This document shows, piece by piece, positions 43,405 to 52,467 of a stretch of 64,000 nucleotides of DNA (position 1 is its first letter; each line of letters starts with the position of its first letter). The stretch spans positions 448,001-512,000 of the forward strand of contig CAWBOS010000006.1 in assembly GCA_963790475.1 (NCBI GenBank), in the 5' to 3' direction. A model generated the notes under the pieces. The model was not told the origin of the DNA. It did not search any database and worked only from the letters and a program-made list of their open reading frames with translations. The position numbers and the translations under genes are program-made. The DNA comes from an uncultured delta proteobacterium. Lineage in GTDB: Bacteria > Desulfobacterota > RBG-13-43-22.

Positions 43405-43475
43405 ATGAGCATCGGCGGATTATCCAAGGTGCGACATGATGTCATGGCAGGCTATGTCGAGCGTGACAGGATTAC
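43405..43475 (+). pseudogene. Possible N-terminal remnant of a serine hydrolase/beta-lactamase-like gene
   Basis: RBS GGAGG then MSIGGLSKVRHDVMAGYVER. Confidence 0.3.
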
Positions 43476-44416
43476 TTTGACCTTGGGGAAAAAACGAACC
43501 ATAGTTCCTTCTCAGTGTTGACTTTTCATAGATCCTCTTTGGGTGGAGGACTCTTGGAATGGTCTAATTTGAGGAAAGCAATCCTCTGGACAGAAAAAGA
43601 GTTAAGCGTCTTGCCGCCGGCATGGAAACCCTGAAGGTGAACCTGGGCTAGTGAAATCTTCTCAGATCCAGAGGATTCAATAGCGTCAACCAATCACTAC
43701 TTTTTATACAAAGTTGTCGTTATTATGAAAAAACTCTTCACAAAAGGATTTTGTCAAACGGAATTTTCCCCATATAGAATATTTTTAACTTGTTTAATCA
43801 TCGTTTTGTTACCAGATTTGTCTCTTGGAAAGAATCTCCTTGGAATTGAGAGATCAATAGTTTTATTTCTAATACTTCTCGGGTATTGATAATCGGATGT
43901 TGAATTTATTTCAATTCTTCCGAACTTACCAGTTGGACCATCAATAATATAATCAGCGACCATCCTATCCATTCCTTCTATTTGAGGAACTTTGATATTT
44001 CTCGCTTTATAATTGATGTCCTTCGCTTCTTGTGCAAGAGGACCTTTAAAAATATCTTCCTCAATTCCCCAAAAAAAATAATCGGGATAACGAAAAACAA
44101 TTTAAGGGAGAGTTTTCCCTCTATATCTCTTCAGATTTACTTTCGTATAAATCATTTTATCCTCCTTTTTTTCAACTTGGGCATTAATTTGTGAATCAGA
44201 CTGACCTTGTATTACCACCGGTCAGAAGGTCTACCAATTTCTCCGGTTAAAAAGTAGTCCAGACCGACCGATTTAAAGACCTACCAAGATTCTTTTCTTT
44301 CTTCTTCCTAATATTTTCTTACCCTATTTTTTTTCTTAACTATCCCATTCACTTTTTTTATTTTCTTTTCAAACTGAGGATCAATAGCCGATTAATGATT
44401 TCCCTGGAGGGAAGTC

Positions 44417-44851
44417 ATGAACCAGAATCGATGTCGGCATTGCCATACTATTTTTCTTCCGAATCCCCGAATAAAAAAACAACGATATTGTAACCGTCCG
44501 GAGTGCCAACGGGCCAGGAAGGCTCTTTGGCAGAAACAAAAGATGTATCAAGACCTGGATTACCAGACCACCCATAGGGAGTCTCAAAAAACCTGGATGG
44601 AACAGCACCCCGGCTATTGGAAAACCTATCGAGCGGAACATCCCGCCTATATCCAAAAAAACCGCCAGAACCAGCAAAACCGGGATCGGAAAAGGCGGTT
44701 GGCCCGTCTTGCAAAGATGGACGCGTTAGCTCAAAAAGTATTCCTTATTCCAGATACTTCCACAGATTTAGCCCTTCTTGCAAAGAAGGACTCGATAGAC
44801 CCGGCCTCTGGTTTTTCTTATCATGGTCCCCAAACAGGAGGCCCTTTATGA
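44417..44851 (+). CDS. IS21 accessory ORF1, CxxC..CxxxxC putative zinc-binding basic protein
   Basis: CRHC..QRYCNRPEC; RBS GGAGGG; ATGA overlap with ORF2. Confidence 0.75.
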   Translation: MNQNRCRHCHTIFLPNPRIKKQRYCNRPECQRARKALWQKQKMYQDLDYQTTHRESQKTWMEQHPGYWKTYRAEHPAYIQKNRQNQQNRDRKRRLARLAKMDALAQKVFLIPDTSTDLALLAKKDSIDPASGFSYHGPQTGGPL

Positions 44852-45174
44852 TGGAAAAGCAACCTCTCAACCCGGCACGCATTCGGAAGATCAACGGCAG
44901 TTTCGCCTTTATCGAACACCGCTTCCGCTACTTTATCAAGACCCTGACTCATCAGGAGCTTTTGTTGTATCTCTTTCTGGTCCTGGCCGCTGATAAGCAG
45001 GGGCTTTCCTATTACAGCACCGATACCATCTGTGCCTGCCTGAAGATCAGTCTGAGACCATATCTGAAGGCCCGGCAGGCCTTGATCCGCAAGGACCTGA
45101 TTGCTTTCGATGGCCGGTTCTTCCAGGTCCTTTCCTTACCTTTTTTTACTCCCCTGGGAGGTCCTTATGATTGA
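44848..45174 (+). CDS. IS21 accessory ORF2, winged-HTH-like protein
   Basis: LLYLFL....GLSYYS...I...L.IS.....ARQ.LI..DLI pattern; RBS AGGAGG. Confidence 0.7.
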   Translation: MMEKQPLNPARIRKINGSFAFIEHRFRYFIKTLTHQELLLYLFLVLAADKQGLSYYSTDTICACLKISLRPYLKARQALIRKDLIAFDGRFFQVLSLPFFTPLGGPYD

Positions 45175-46633
45175 CCGCCGTCTGGTTTTCGAGATCCACC
45201 GCCTGTCCCATGAAGGCTATAAAATCCGCCAGATCGCCCGGACCCTTAAGCTCAGCCGGGAGAGTGTCAAAAGATACTTGGATAATCCCCATCCGCCCAG
45301 ACCGGTGATTGTCCGAACCGGCAAGTTGGACTCCTTTAAACCGGAGATCCAAAGGCTATTAGAGCAGGACCCTTCGGTCAGCGGCGCGGTTCTGCTGCAA
45401 CGCTTAAAAGCCCAGGGCTATACCGGGGGCCGGTCCATCCTGGGGGAATTCCTGCAACAGGTCCGGCCCAAACAAAAGCGGGCCTATCTCCGGTTCGAAT
45501 CCCCTCCGGGGGAACAGTTCCAGATCGACTGGGGCCACTTCGGGGCTTTGGTCTATGGGAAGACTCCACGCAAGCTTTATTGTCTGGCGGTTATCGAAGC
45601 CCATAGTCGGATGCTTTATGCCGAGTTCACCCATTCCCAGAAACAAGAAGCTCTCCATCAGGGGTTACTCAATGCCTTCCGGTTTTTTCAAGGCACTCCC
45701 AAGGAGATCGTCACCGATAATATGCTCACCGCGGTCTTAGAGAGAGAAGGCTCTATCATCCGCTTTAATGAGGCCTTCCTGGAGTTCCTAAGACCCTTCC
45801 GGATTACTCCCAGGGCCTGTCATCCCTATCAACCTCAGGAAAAGGGCAAAATCGAAAAAGGGGGTATCCATTACCTCCGGCATAACTTCTGGCCCCTCCG
45901 ATCCTTTACCGATTTGCCCGATATCAATCGCCAGTGCCGGCACTGGCTGGACACTCAGGCCAATATCCGACTCCACAGCACGACCGGCGAAAGACCCCTG
46001 GATCGTTTCAACCCCCAGGCCCTTCAACCCTTGCCCGAGTTTACTCCCGACTGCCGGGAGACCCTCTCGCTTAAGGTCCACGCCGACTTTGCTATCCGTT
46101 TCGACAGCAACTTTTATTCCGTCCCTCCCTGGGCCATTGGTAAAACGGTGATCGTCAAGGCTGATCTAAAAACCGTCACCATTTACCTTCACGAGAAAAC
46201 CCTGGCTACCCATACCCGCTGCTGGGAAAAAAAACAACGCTTAGAACTTCCGGATCATCGGGAGGCCGCCTTTAAACGCCGGCCTCAGGAATGGCTGGCC
46301 ACCGAGGTCTCTGCCTTTATCTCCTTAGGCGAAGAGGCCAAGACCTTCCTGGAAGGTTTATCTCATACCGGCCAGCCGATTAAAAAGAACCTGGCCAGAC
46401 TCCTGGCTTTAAAAGACCGCTTTGGAACCCCTTTATTCGTCCAGGCCCTTAAGCGGGCCATGGATCACAAGGCCTATGGCGCCCATTATGTGGAAAACAT
46501 CCTCCACCAGGAAAAATCTCCCAAACAGGATCATCCCCCGGTCCAACTCCAACGTCAGGACCTGAACCATATCCGTCTGGAGGAGCCCCTCCTGGCCGAT
46601 TATGACGCCTATATCCTCAAGCGAAAGGATTAA
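45167..46633 (+). CDS. istA: IS21 transposase
   Basis: N-terminal HTH, RFESPPGEQFQIDW, TDN, KGKIE (DDE), HSTTGERP, YSVP. Confidence 0.95.
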   Translation: MIDRRLVFEIHRLSHEGYKIRQIARTLKLSRESVKRYLDNPHPPRPVIVRTGKLDSFKPEIQRLLEQDPSVSGAVLLQRLKAQGYTGGRSILGEFLQQVRPKQKRAYLRFESPPGEQFQIDWGHFGALVYGKTPRKLYCLAVIEAHSRMLYAEFTHSQKQEALHQGLLNAFRFFQGTPKEIVTDNMLTAVLEREGSIIRFNEAFLEFLRPFRITPRACHPYQPQEKGKIEKGGIHYLRHNFWPLRSFTDLPDINRQCRHWLDTQANIRLHSTTGERPLDRFNPQALQPLPEFTPDCRETLSLKVHADFAIRFDSNFYSVPPWAIGKTVIVKADLKTVTIYLHEKTLATHTRCWEKKQRLELPDHREAAFKRRPQEWLATEVSAFISLGEEAKTFLEGLSHTGQPIKKNLARLLALKDRFGTPLFVQALKRAMDHKAYGAHYVENILHQEKSPKQDHPPVQLQRQDLNHIRLEEPLLADYDAYILKRKD

Positions 46634-46635
46634 TC

Positions 46636-47376
46636 ATGTCTGATCTGGAAACACTCAAAAATAAACTGATCCAAATCCGTCTCAAAACCATGGCCCAACA
46701 ACTGGACGCCGTCCTCGATCAGGCCGCTCAAAAAAATCTCAACCTCCCCCACGTCTTGAACCGTCTGGCCGATTACGAACTGGAGGCCCGTCGTCAAACC
46801 GCTATCACTCTCCGGTACCGTCAATCTCAATTATCCGATAAACCCACTATCGACCAGTTTGACTTCCAGCATCATAAGTCCCGCCAGGATCAGAAAACCT
46901 TGATCCTGAACTTATTCTCTCTCGATTTTATCTCCAGGCATCAGGATGTCATCCTCATCGGCAATCCCGGGACCGGTAAAACCTTCCTGGCCAAGGCCCT
47001 GGTCTTTGCCGCCTGTAATGCCAATATCAAGTGCCTCTTTACCAATACTATGGATATGATCAATCATCTTATTGCCGCTGAAGCCGATCATTCTTTACTC
47101 AAAAAGCTTCACTATTATCAATCTCCGGACTTCTTAGTCTGTGACGAGCTCGGTTATCTCTCCCTCGGCCCCCAGGGTTCGCACCTTTTCTTCCAGGTCA
47201 TCAGTCAAAGGCATCAGGTTAAATCAACCCTGTTGACCACTAACCTGCCCTTTGCTGACTGGGGAAAGGTCTTCGATTCCACCCCCGTGGCCACGGCTAT
47301 CGCTGACCGTCTCGTTCATAACTCCGAGGTCCTTATCCTGGGAGGGCCTAGCTATCGAAGAAAAAATAAATCCTAA
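46636..47376 (+). CDS. istB: IS21 AAA+ helper ATPase
   Basis: GNPGTGKT, CDELGY, TTN..F..W, DRLVH, GPSYR. Confidence 0.96.
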   Translation: MSDLETLKNKLIQIRLKTMAQQLDAVLDQAAQKNLNLPHVLNRLADYELEARRQTAITLRYRQSQLSDKPTIDQFDFQHHKSRQDQKTLILNLFSLDFISRHQDVILIGNPGTGKTFLAKALVFAACNANIKCLFTNTMDMINHLIAAEADHSLLKKLHYYQSPDFLVCDELGYLSLGPQGSHLFFQVISQRHQVKSTLLTTNLPFADWGKVFDSTPVATAIADRLVHNSEVLILGGPSYRRKNKS

Positions 47377-47849
47377 CTTGTAAAATAAATTATGGCGGAA
47401 ATAGGTAGGGCGGTATTCCTTTCTTGGTGTACCCCGCAGTGGCGTGGCTTGCTTTTAGGTTTGTCCCGAGTCGCTGAATACCGCCCTTTCCTGCCTTTGG
47501 CTGGTTTCTTCACCGGTCAGCTTGGTAGGTTTTTAAACCAGCGATAATACGTCAAGCCGATTTCTCTATTTCCTAAGTAATAGATTAATTTTGTTTAATT
47601 TTTAAACCAAATAGCGTTGTCTCCCTCATAACACTTCAAAGGGAAATAGGTGGTCATGAAAGAAAAAAGAAGCGCCGTGAGATAGAAAAAGGAAGACATA
47701 AAGGTCAACCTTGAGATGTTTATAACCTTAAGATATTTAGAGATATTTTATGGCGCATTGATAGCACCTACGAATGCTCCCTCGCAAAAAATTGAAGATT
47801 TCAGACTGAAAGAGTGAATAGCTATAAATTGAGCCGGCTGTTAGAAAGA

Positions 47850-48500
47850 TTAATCAGAAGAGAGCTTAATACATGTGCCGTGTCCAGGTGCAATCAGAGA
47901 AACAGGCAAAGTCAATAACGTATTTTGAAGCTTTTCCAATGCGGTGGGAGATGGAACTCTTTCAGGAGTAATGCTGGTGATCTGCTTTTTCCAATTGGAT
48001 GCCACTGGGCTATTTTCTACTTTTCCAAATTGGATAAATAGGTCACTGCTAAAAAGCACCGATCGTTTTCTCTCAAACAGCAACAATCCTTCCCAGAGAT
48101 GCATTTCAGAGGGATAGGCAATAAATTCGAATTGACAGTCTTGAGTTTGAAGGATTTGACCAGGAGCTTGGATGAGAGTATCATTAGTTATCCCAAAACC
48201 GCTAAGTTGCCTGGCAGTAATCGAGGAACAAATAGGTTTAATGTCAGGATAATTCTGCAACAACAAACTTAGTCCACCGCATTCATCACTTTCAAAATGT
48301 GAGATAAATATATACGCCAATTTCCTGCCGCGAAGAACTCGGTTCAATTGCGGCAATAAAGCCTTGGTATCCATATGGGTACCTGTATGTACCAGCAGAG
48401 GCGCTGATCCCAATAACAGGAATTGATTGAAAGACAAGTTGACCGGCTCAAGATAACTATTGAATTGCAGTAGATCATTTTGAATTTTTAAAGTTTTCAT
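47850..48500 (-). CDS. MBL-fold metallo-hydrolase (FprA/ODP-like domain)
   Basis: SHFESDECG, HLWE, FSSD, PGHG. Confidence 0.8.
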   Translation of the reverse strand: MKTLKIQNDLLQFNSYLEPVNLSFNQFLLLGSAPLLVHTGTHMDTKALLPQLNRVLRGRKLAYIFISHFESDECGGLSLLLQNYPDIKPICSSITARQLSGFGITNDTLIQAPGQILQTQDCQFEFIAYPSEMHLWEGLLLFERKRSVLFSSDLFIQFGKVENSPVASNWKKQITSITPERVPSPTALEKLQNTLLTLPVSLIAPGHGTCIKLSSD

Positions 48501-48836
48501 TCTATTTAATCCTTCCGGAAAAGGTTTGAATCAGAAAATTATTGATTATTACCAATTACAAATTGATTAGTTAATAATATAGTATAACGAGCCAAAAATT
48601 AAATCAACATTTCAGGAAAAAGTACTCTAAATTACTTTTGAAAAATTGTCTTCTTTCCCCAATTAACCTCTTACGCCTACAAGTTCCACTGCTGAGGTCG
48701 TTCGGAAAATTACTGGTTGAACTGCGCATTAAGAAGCACAGCCATTTCTGACCCTGCCTCTGAGTTGACTCTGAGCTTACCACATTGTCCAATTTTTGGG
48801 GACCACACATTAACTTCGCCACGGTCGTGGAATAAG

Positions 48837-49292
48837 CTATCTCATGCTGTTCTTTAATCTCTCTCTTTCCATTAGGAAACCTTCGAAGATGGCCTGCATC
48901 TGTTCTCTGCTCAGGAGTTTGGCCGCAGCTTTAAATATCTTATCTTCTTCCTCTACAATGTGGTGTTCCACAACTTCTTTGCAGACCCGAAGTTTTGCCC
49001 GCCATTGATCCAGCTGCTTTGGCATCAGGTCCAGTTCACCCAGAATCAGACTAATAACGTGATGCTCTTCAACGGATTCCAAAACGTCCTCATAGGACTC
49101 CTTGTTCTCTTTAAGAGGTGGATAGAACACCCCTTCTTCGGCTTTCGTGTGAGGCTCAATTCCCAGCTTGAACTCTCCAAACAATTCTTCCCGTCTCTTT
49201 GATTCAGTGCTGGATAGTTGTTTGAGTTTTGAGAGGATGTTCTTGAACAACTCATGATCCTTGTGAAGAACTTCAAAGAATTCTTTATGCAT
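48837..49292 (-). CDS. Hemerythrin/HHE cation-binding protein
   Basis: DH..., HTKAEE..FYP, EEH, HHIVEEE..IF. Confidence 0.88.
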   Translation of the reverse strand: MHKEFFEVLHKDHELFKNILSKLKQLSSTESKRREELFGEFKLGIEPHTKAEEGVFYPPLKENKESYEDVLESVEEHHVISLILGELDLMPKQLDQWRAKLRVCKEVVEHHIVEEEDKIFKAAAKLLSREQMQAIFEGFLMERERLKNSMR

Positions 49293-49410
49293 TCCACACC
49301 TCCCGCTATTTTACGAAAGAGGGATCGGTCAATAACCCAAACGGACTTTATAACCAATACTTTTTTTGAATGACGTTTTGAATCCCTTGCCTTTCAAAGA
49401 AATCCCAGGG

Positions 49411-49707
49411 TTATTCTCCCACAACAACCTCATAAAATTGAGGGATCGGATGGCCGTCAAGTAGCAATGCGACTCGCCTGCCGGCTTCTTCATGAGCAGG
49501 GCTATTATGCATGGCCATGAAGGTTTCACGGGTCTGGTGTTCCACTACGGCAACATAGTTTCCTTCATCCTGCGCAGACTTTAGAAGCAATCGTTTGATA
49601 AAGCCTTTATGATTTATAAACTCCTTATTGGACCACTCAAACCATTCCCGAAACTCTGTATCCTTGCCTTTTTTAACCGCCGGGAAATTAATAAGAACTA
49701 CAAACAT
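49411..49707 (-). CDS. Antibiotic biosynthesis monooxygenase (ABM)-like protein
   Basis: GK..EF, GFI.R.LL, F.AMHNSPAH; RBS AAGGAGG. Confidence 0.75.
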   Translation of the reverse strand: MFVVLINFPAVKKGKDTEFREWFEWSNKEFINHKGFIKRLLLKSAQDEGNYVAVVEHQTRETFMAMHNSPAHEEAGRRVALLLDGHPIPQFYEVVVGE

Positions 49708-50012
49708 GACCCGTACCTCCTTTTTTCAATTGTTTTTCATAAACTACTTTCCGATTTCATTGGGAGCCGCCTCTTACAGCTATAATCGATATCTACCTGA
49801 TCCTTGGTAATACTCCGAGGCCAAAGTCAGTCGACCAGGATTAGAAAACGTCATTCTTCGAAGAGGTTAGGTAGAAATGTTTCAATCGAATTTGGGGAGT
49901 TTCTTTTTTGATTTTTGGTGCCATCGTATTATTCCTCTGGACCATAAAGAAGATTGGAAAATACTGCATTTCTGCAATAGCAGACGATCTGGACAATTCT
50001 TCCCCCCTTGAT

Positions 50013-50201
50013 TTATTTTTCCCAGTGGATACAGGAGGCCGCACAGCTATCTATGGCCTCATCAATACACTCTTTCGGTCCTCCTTCCGGTAGGATCACC
50101 TCAGCCTTTTCCTTGCCTTCATTCATCTGAAACACTTCCGGGCAAAGTTGTACGCAAGTCTCGCAACCGAGACATTCTTCTTCATCTATGATTACTTTCA
50201 T
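50013..50201 (-). CDS. Single-cluster ferredoxin
   Basis: CLGCETCVQLCPEVF..EAIDSCAASCI; RBS AAGGAG. Confidence 0.92.
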   Translation of the reverse strand: MKVIIDEEECLGCETCVQLCPEVFQMNEGKEKAEVILPEGGPKECIDEAIDSCAASCIHWEK

Positions 50202-50235
50202 TCGGTACTCCTTTTTATCATCTATGACTAAATCT

Positions 50236-50427
50236 TTAGATTTCTCTGAGTTTCCAGATGGCCTTATTATGCGGTTCTGAAAGAATCAAATCGAATTTCT
50301 GAGTTTTCAGGAGTTGAATCGCCTGTTTGAGTGGAGCAAAGGAACGGATCATACTTCCTGGATGTTTGATAAAATAGGTCACCTTAAAATCAGGGTCGAT
50401 GTGCAGGATTTTAATTGGAGTATTCAT
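50236..50427 (-). CDS. Truncated receiver-like small protein, copy 1
   Basis: IKILHID..FDLILSEP; paralogous to 54745-55038 and to the N-terminus of 57233-57847. Confidence 0.7.
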   Translation of the reverse strand: MNTPIKILHIDPDFKVTYFIKHPGSMIRSFAPLKQAIQLLKTQKFDLILSEPHNKAIWKLREI

Positions 50428-50602
50428 TGTTGACCTCATTCTTTATGATATTGGAAATGCCAAGACAATAAAGGATACCGAATGCTAATAGACAAAAACA
50501 CCTTAGATTCAATATCGCCAAACTAAGTTAATAAGGGAATATAGGCAGGAGGGTATTTTGAGGAAAAAAATATTGTAGTTGAAACGGTAAGCTGTCATTG
50601 GG

Positions 50603-50857
50603 TTAGTCAGATTCGGTCGAGGGAGTTTCTTTGATTAGCGCCTTTACCCGGGTTAAGCCAATTTTTTTACAGGCCCGCCAGCGTTTTTCGCCTTCAATGA
50701 TTTGAAACCAGTAGCCGACCAGTTCCACTACCAAGGGTTCCTGAAGCCCACGAGATTTGATATCTTGACACAAACGAAGAATAACCTCTTCTTCGAATAT
50801 CAGCCGACGATTGGGCTGAATCCTGATAATATCTATCTCTCTTATTTCTTGTAACAT
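50603..50857 (-). CDS. Stand-alone ParB/Srx N-terminal domain protein
   Basis: L..DIKSRGLQEPLVV, IIEGEKRWRA; RBS GGGAGG. Confidence 0.75.
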   Translation of the reverse strand: MLQEIREIDIIRIQPNRRLIFEEEVILRLCQDIKSRGLQEPLVVELVGYWFQIIEGEKRWRACKKIGLTRVKALIKETPSTESD

Positions 50858-50881
50858 GGAATCCTCCCATTCAACTGGCTT

Positions 50882-51157
50882 TTATCCAAACTTGTGGCTA
50901 ACTCCGTAGCCGCCTTTGGGAAAGCGCCATTCAATGTTCAGATGAGGGCAGCCGATCCGGCAGGAGCCACATTCCAGACACCCCTCATAGTTTACACTGA
51001 TCCGGTCTCCCTCCAGCCGATAAACGTTTGCCGGGCAGAGATAGAGGCAGGCCTGATCCCGGCACTGTGTCAGGCATTTCTCTCCATCAATTATCCGCAG
51101 ATGGCTTTCGTTATCTACTTTGAACCGGTCCAGGAATAGCTTGTCTTCTATTCTCAT
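50882..51157 (-). CDS. fixX: FixX ferredoxin-like protein
   Basis: CPANVY, CLECGSCRIGC, WRFPKGGYGV..KFG. Confidence 0.93.
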   Translation of the reverse strand: MRIEDKLFLDRFKVDNESHLRIIDGEKCLTQCRDQACLYLCPANVYRLEGDRISVNYEGCLECGSCRIGCPHLNIEWRFPKGGYGVSHKFG

Positions 51158-51159
51158 CG

Positions 51160-52464
51160 TCACTTTACCGACCTCCAGCCCTGCCAGGCAAGTTTGAAAA
51201 GTTTGAGGAGGGACGTTTCCTTGTGTAGTTCCTCACGAATCAGTTTCTGCTTCTCCTTTTTGCTAACCCCGTTGACCGTCAGCATCTCTCGGGCCGCAAA
51301 GGAGGCAAGGCGGGGGAGCTGGTTGAAGATCTCTTTACGGTGGTATAGAAACTTGCCGAACCTTCGATATTTTTTCATGTCTTTAAGAACATAAGAATCT
51401 GCCAGCCGGCCATTATATCCGGCCAGAACTTCCTGGGAATAGTTATCTTGATGGATAGCATCAATAATCGTCTCGGCCGCCATCCTTCCCGAAGCCATTG
51501 CCAGATTGTTGCCTTCCCGGTGTAGAGAGTTAAATAGCATGGCCGAATCTCCGGCTATGAGATAGCCATCGCCATAAAGTTTGGGAATCGTGTCCAACCC
51601 ACCCAGGGCCAACCAGTGAGAAATATACTCCCGCGGCTTACCACCGGATATGAGGGGAGCCACCATAGAATGCTGCTTGAAAGTTTCCATTAACTCATAG
51701 GGTTTGAGCTTGTAAGCAGCAAAATCAGCCAGGTTGCCTCCTATGCACAAGGAGAGCGAATTGGTGTTGGTATAGATAACAGCCACTCCATCCATTCCTC
51801 CGGTGATTTCTCCCAATATCTCAATGGTGACGCCATTCCCATTAGTGACACCGAAGCGCTGCTCGATTACTTCACTGGGTAGTTCAATGAGTTCCTTGAC
51901 CGACAGGGCGACGTTCTCCGGTTTAGGCTCAGGTCGAAATAGGGTCCGGGCTGCCAGGGGAGAATTGACACCATCAGCCAAAAGAGTAACCTTGGCCTGA
52001 ACTTCTCCATCTTCCCTTCCGGTCTGGACTCCTATGACCTGACCCCTTTCGTCGCGCACAAGATCTTTGACCACCGTCGAAGGAACCACCAGAGCACCCT
52101 TTTTGCCAGCCTGTTGGGCAAACCAGCGGTCGAATTTTGCTCTGAGCACGGTAAAGGCATTGTGCTTGCGCTGGTCAGCAAAAACACTGTCCCGGTAGCC
52201 GAGACTGTAACCGCCATCTTTGGACAAATACCAGATTCGGGATTCTACAATGTTCCTTTCGACTGGACATTGGCGTTCAGCATAGTCAGGTAGAATCTGG
52301 GCCAGGTCGTGGCCGTAGAGGACACCACCGGACATGTTCTTGGCCCCGGGGTATTCGCCTCTTTCAAACACAATAGTTTTTATACCGGCATCTGCCAGGA
52401 TACAGGCGGCAGAGATACCGGCGGGGCCGGCCCCCACTATGGCCACGTCAAAGGCCTCTTTCAT
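51160..52464 (-). CDS. fixC: FixC / ETF:quinone oxidoreductase flavoprotein
   Basis: GAGPAG, ERGEYPGAKNMSGG, R.KFD.WFA, ADGVNS, AGD, EGNNLAMASG. Confidence 0.93.
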   Translation of the reverse strand: MKEAFDVAIVGAGPAGISAACILADAGIKTIVFERGEYPGAKNMSGGVLYGHDLAQILPDYAERQCPVERNIVESRIWYLSKDGGYSLGYRDSVFADQRKHNAFTVLRAKFDRWFAQQAGKKGALVVPSTVVKDLVRDERGQVIGVQTGREDGEVQAKVTLLADGVNSPLAARTLFRPEPKPENVALSVKELIELPSEVIEQRFGVTNGNGVTIEILGEITGGMDGVAVIYTNTNSLSLCIGGNLADFAAYKLKPYELMETFKQHSMVAPLISGGKPREYISHWLALGGLDTIPKLYGDGYLIAGDSAMLFNSLHREGNNLAMASGRMAAETIIDAIHQDNYSQEVLAGYNGRLADSYVLKDMKKYRRFGKFLYHRKEIFNQLPRLASFAAREMLTVNGVSKKEKQKLIREELHKETSLLKLFKLAWQGWRSVK

Positions 52465-52467
52465 CGT

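Larger units (their letters stand above)
44208..47551 (+). mobile_element. IS21-family element with two accessory ORFs
   Basis: Left end TGTATTACCACCGGTCAGAAGGTCTACCAA; right end reverse complement CGTATTATCGCTGGTTTAAAAACCTACCAA; internal repeats at both ends; istA-istB inside. Confidence 0.85.

Noticed and set aside
43754-44194. Short AT-rich ORFs left of IS21
   Set aside because: No recognisable family; probably a decayed gene.
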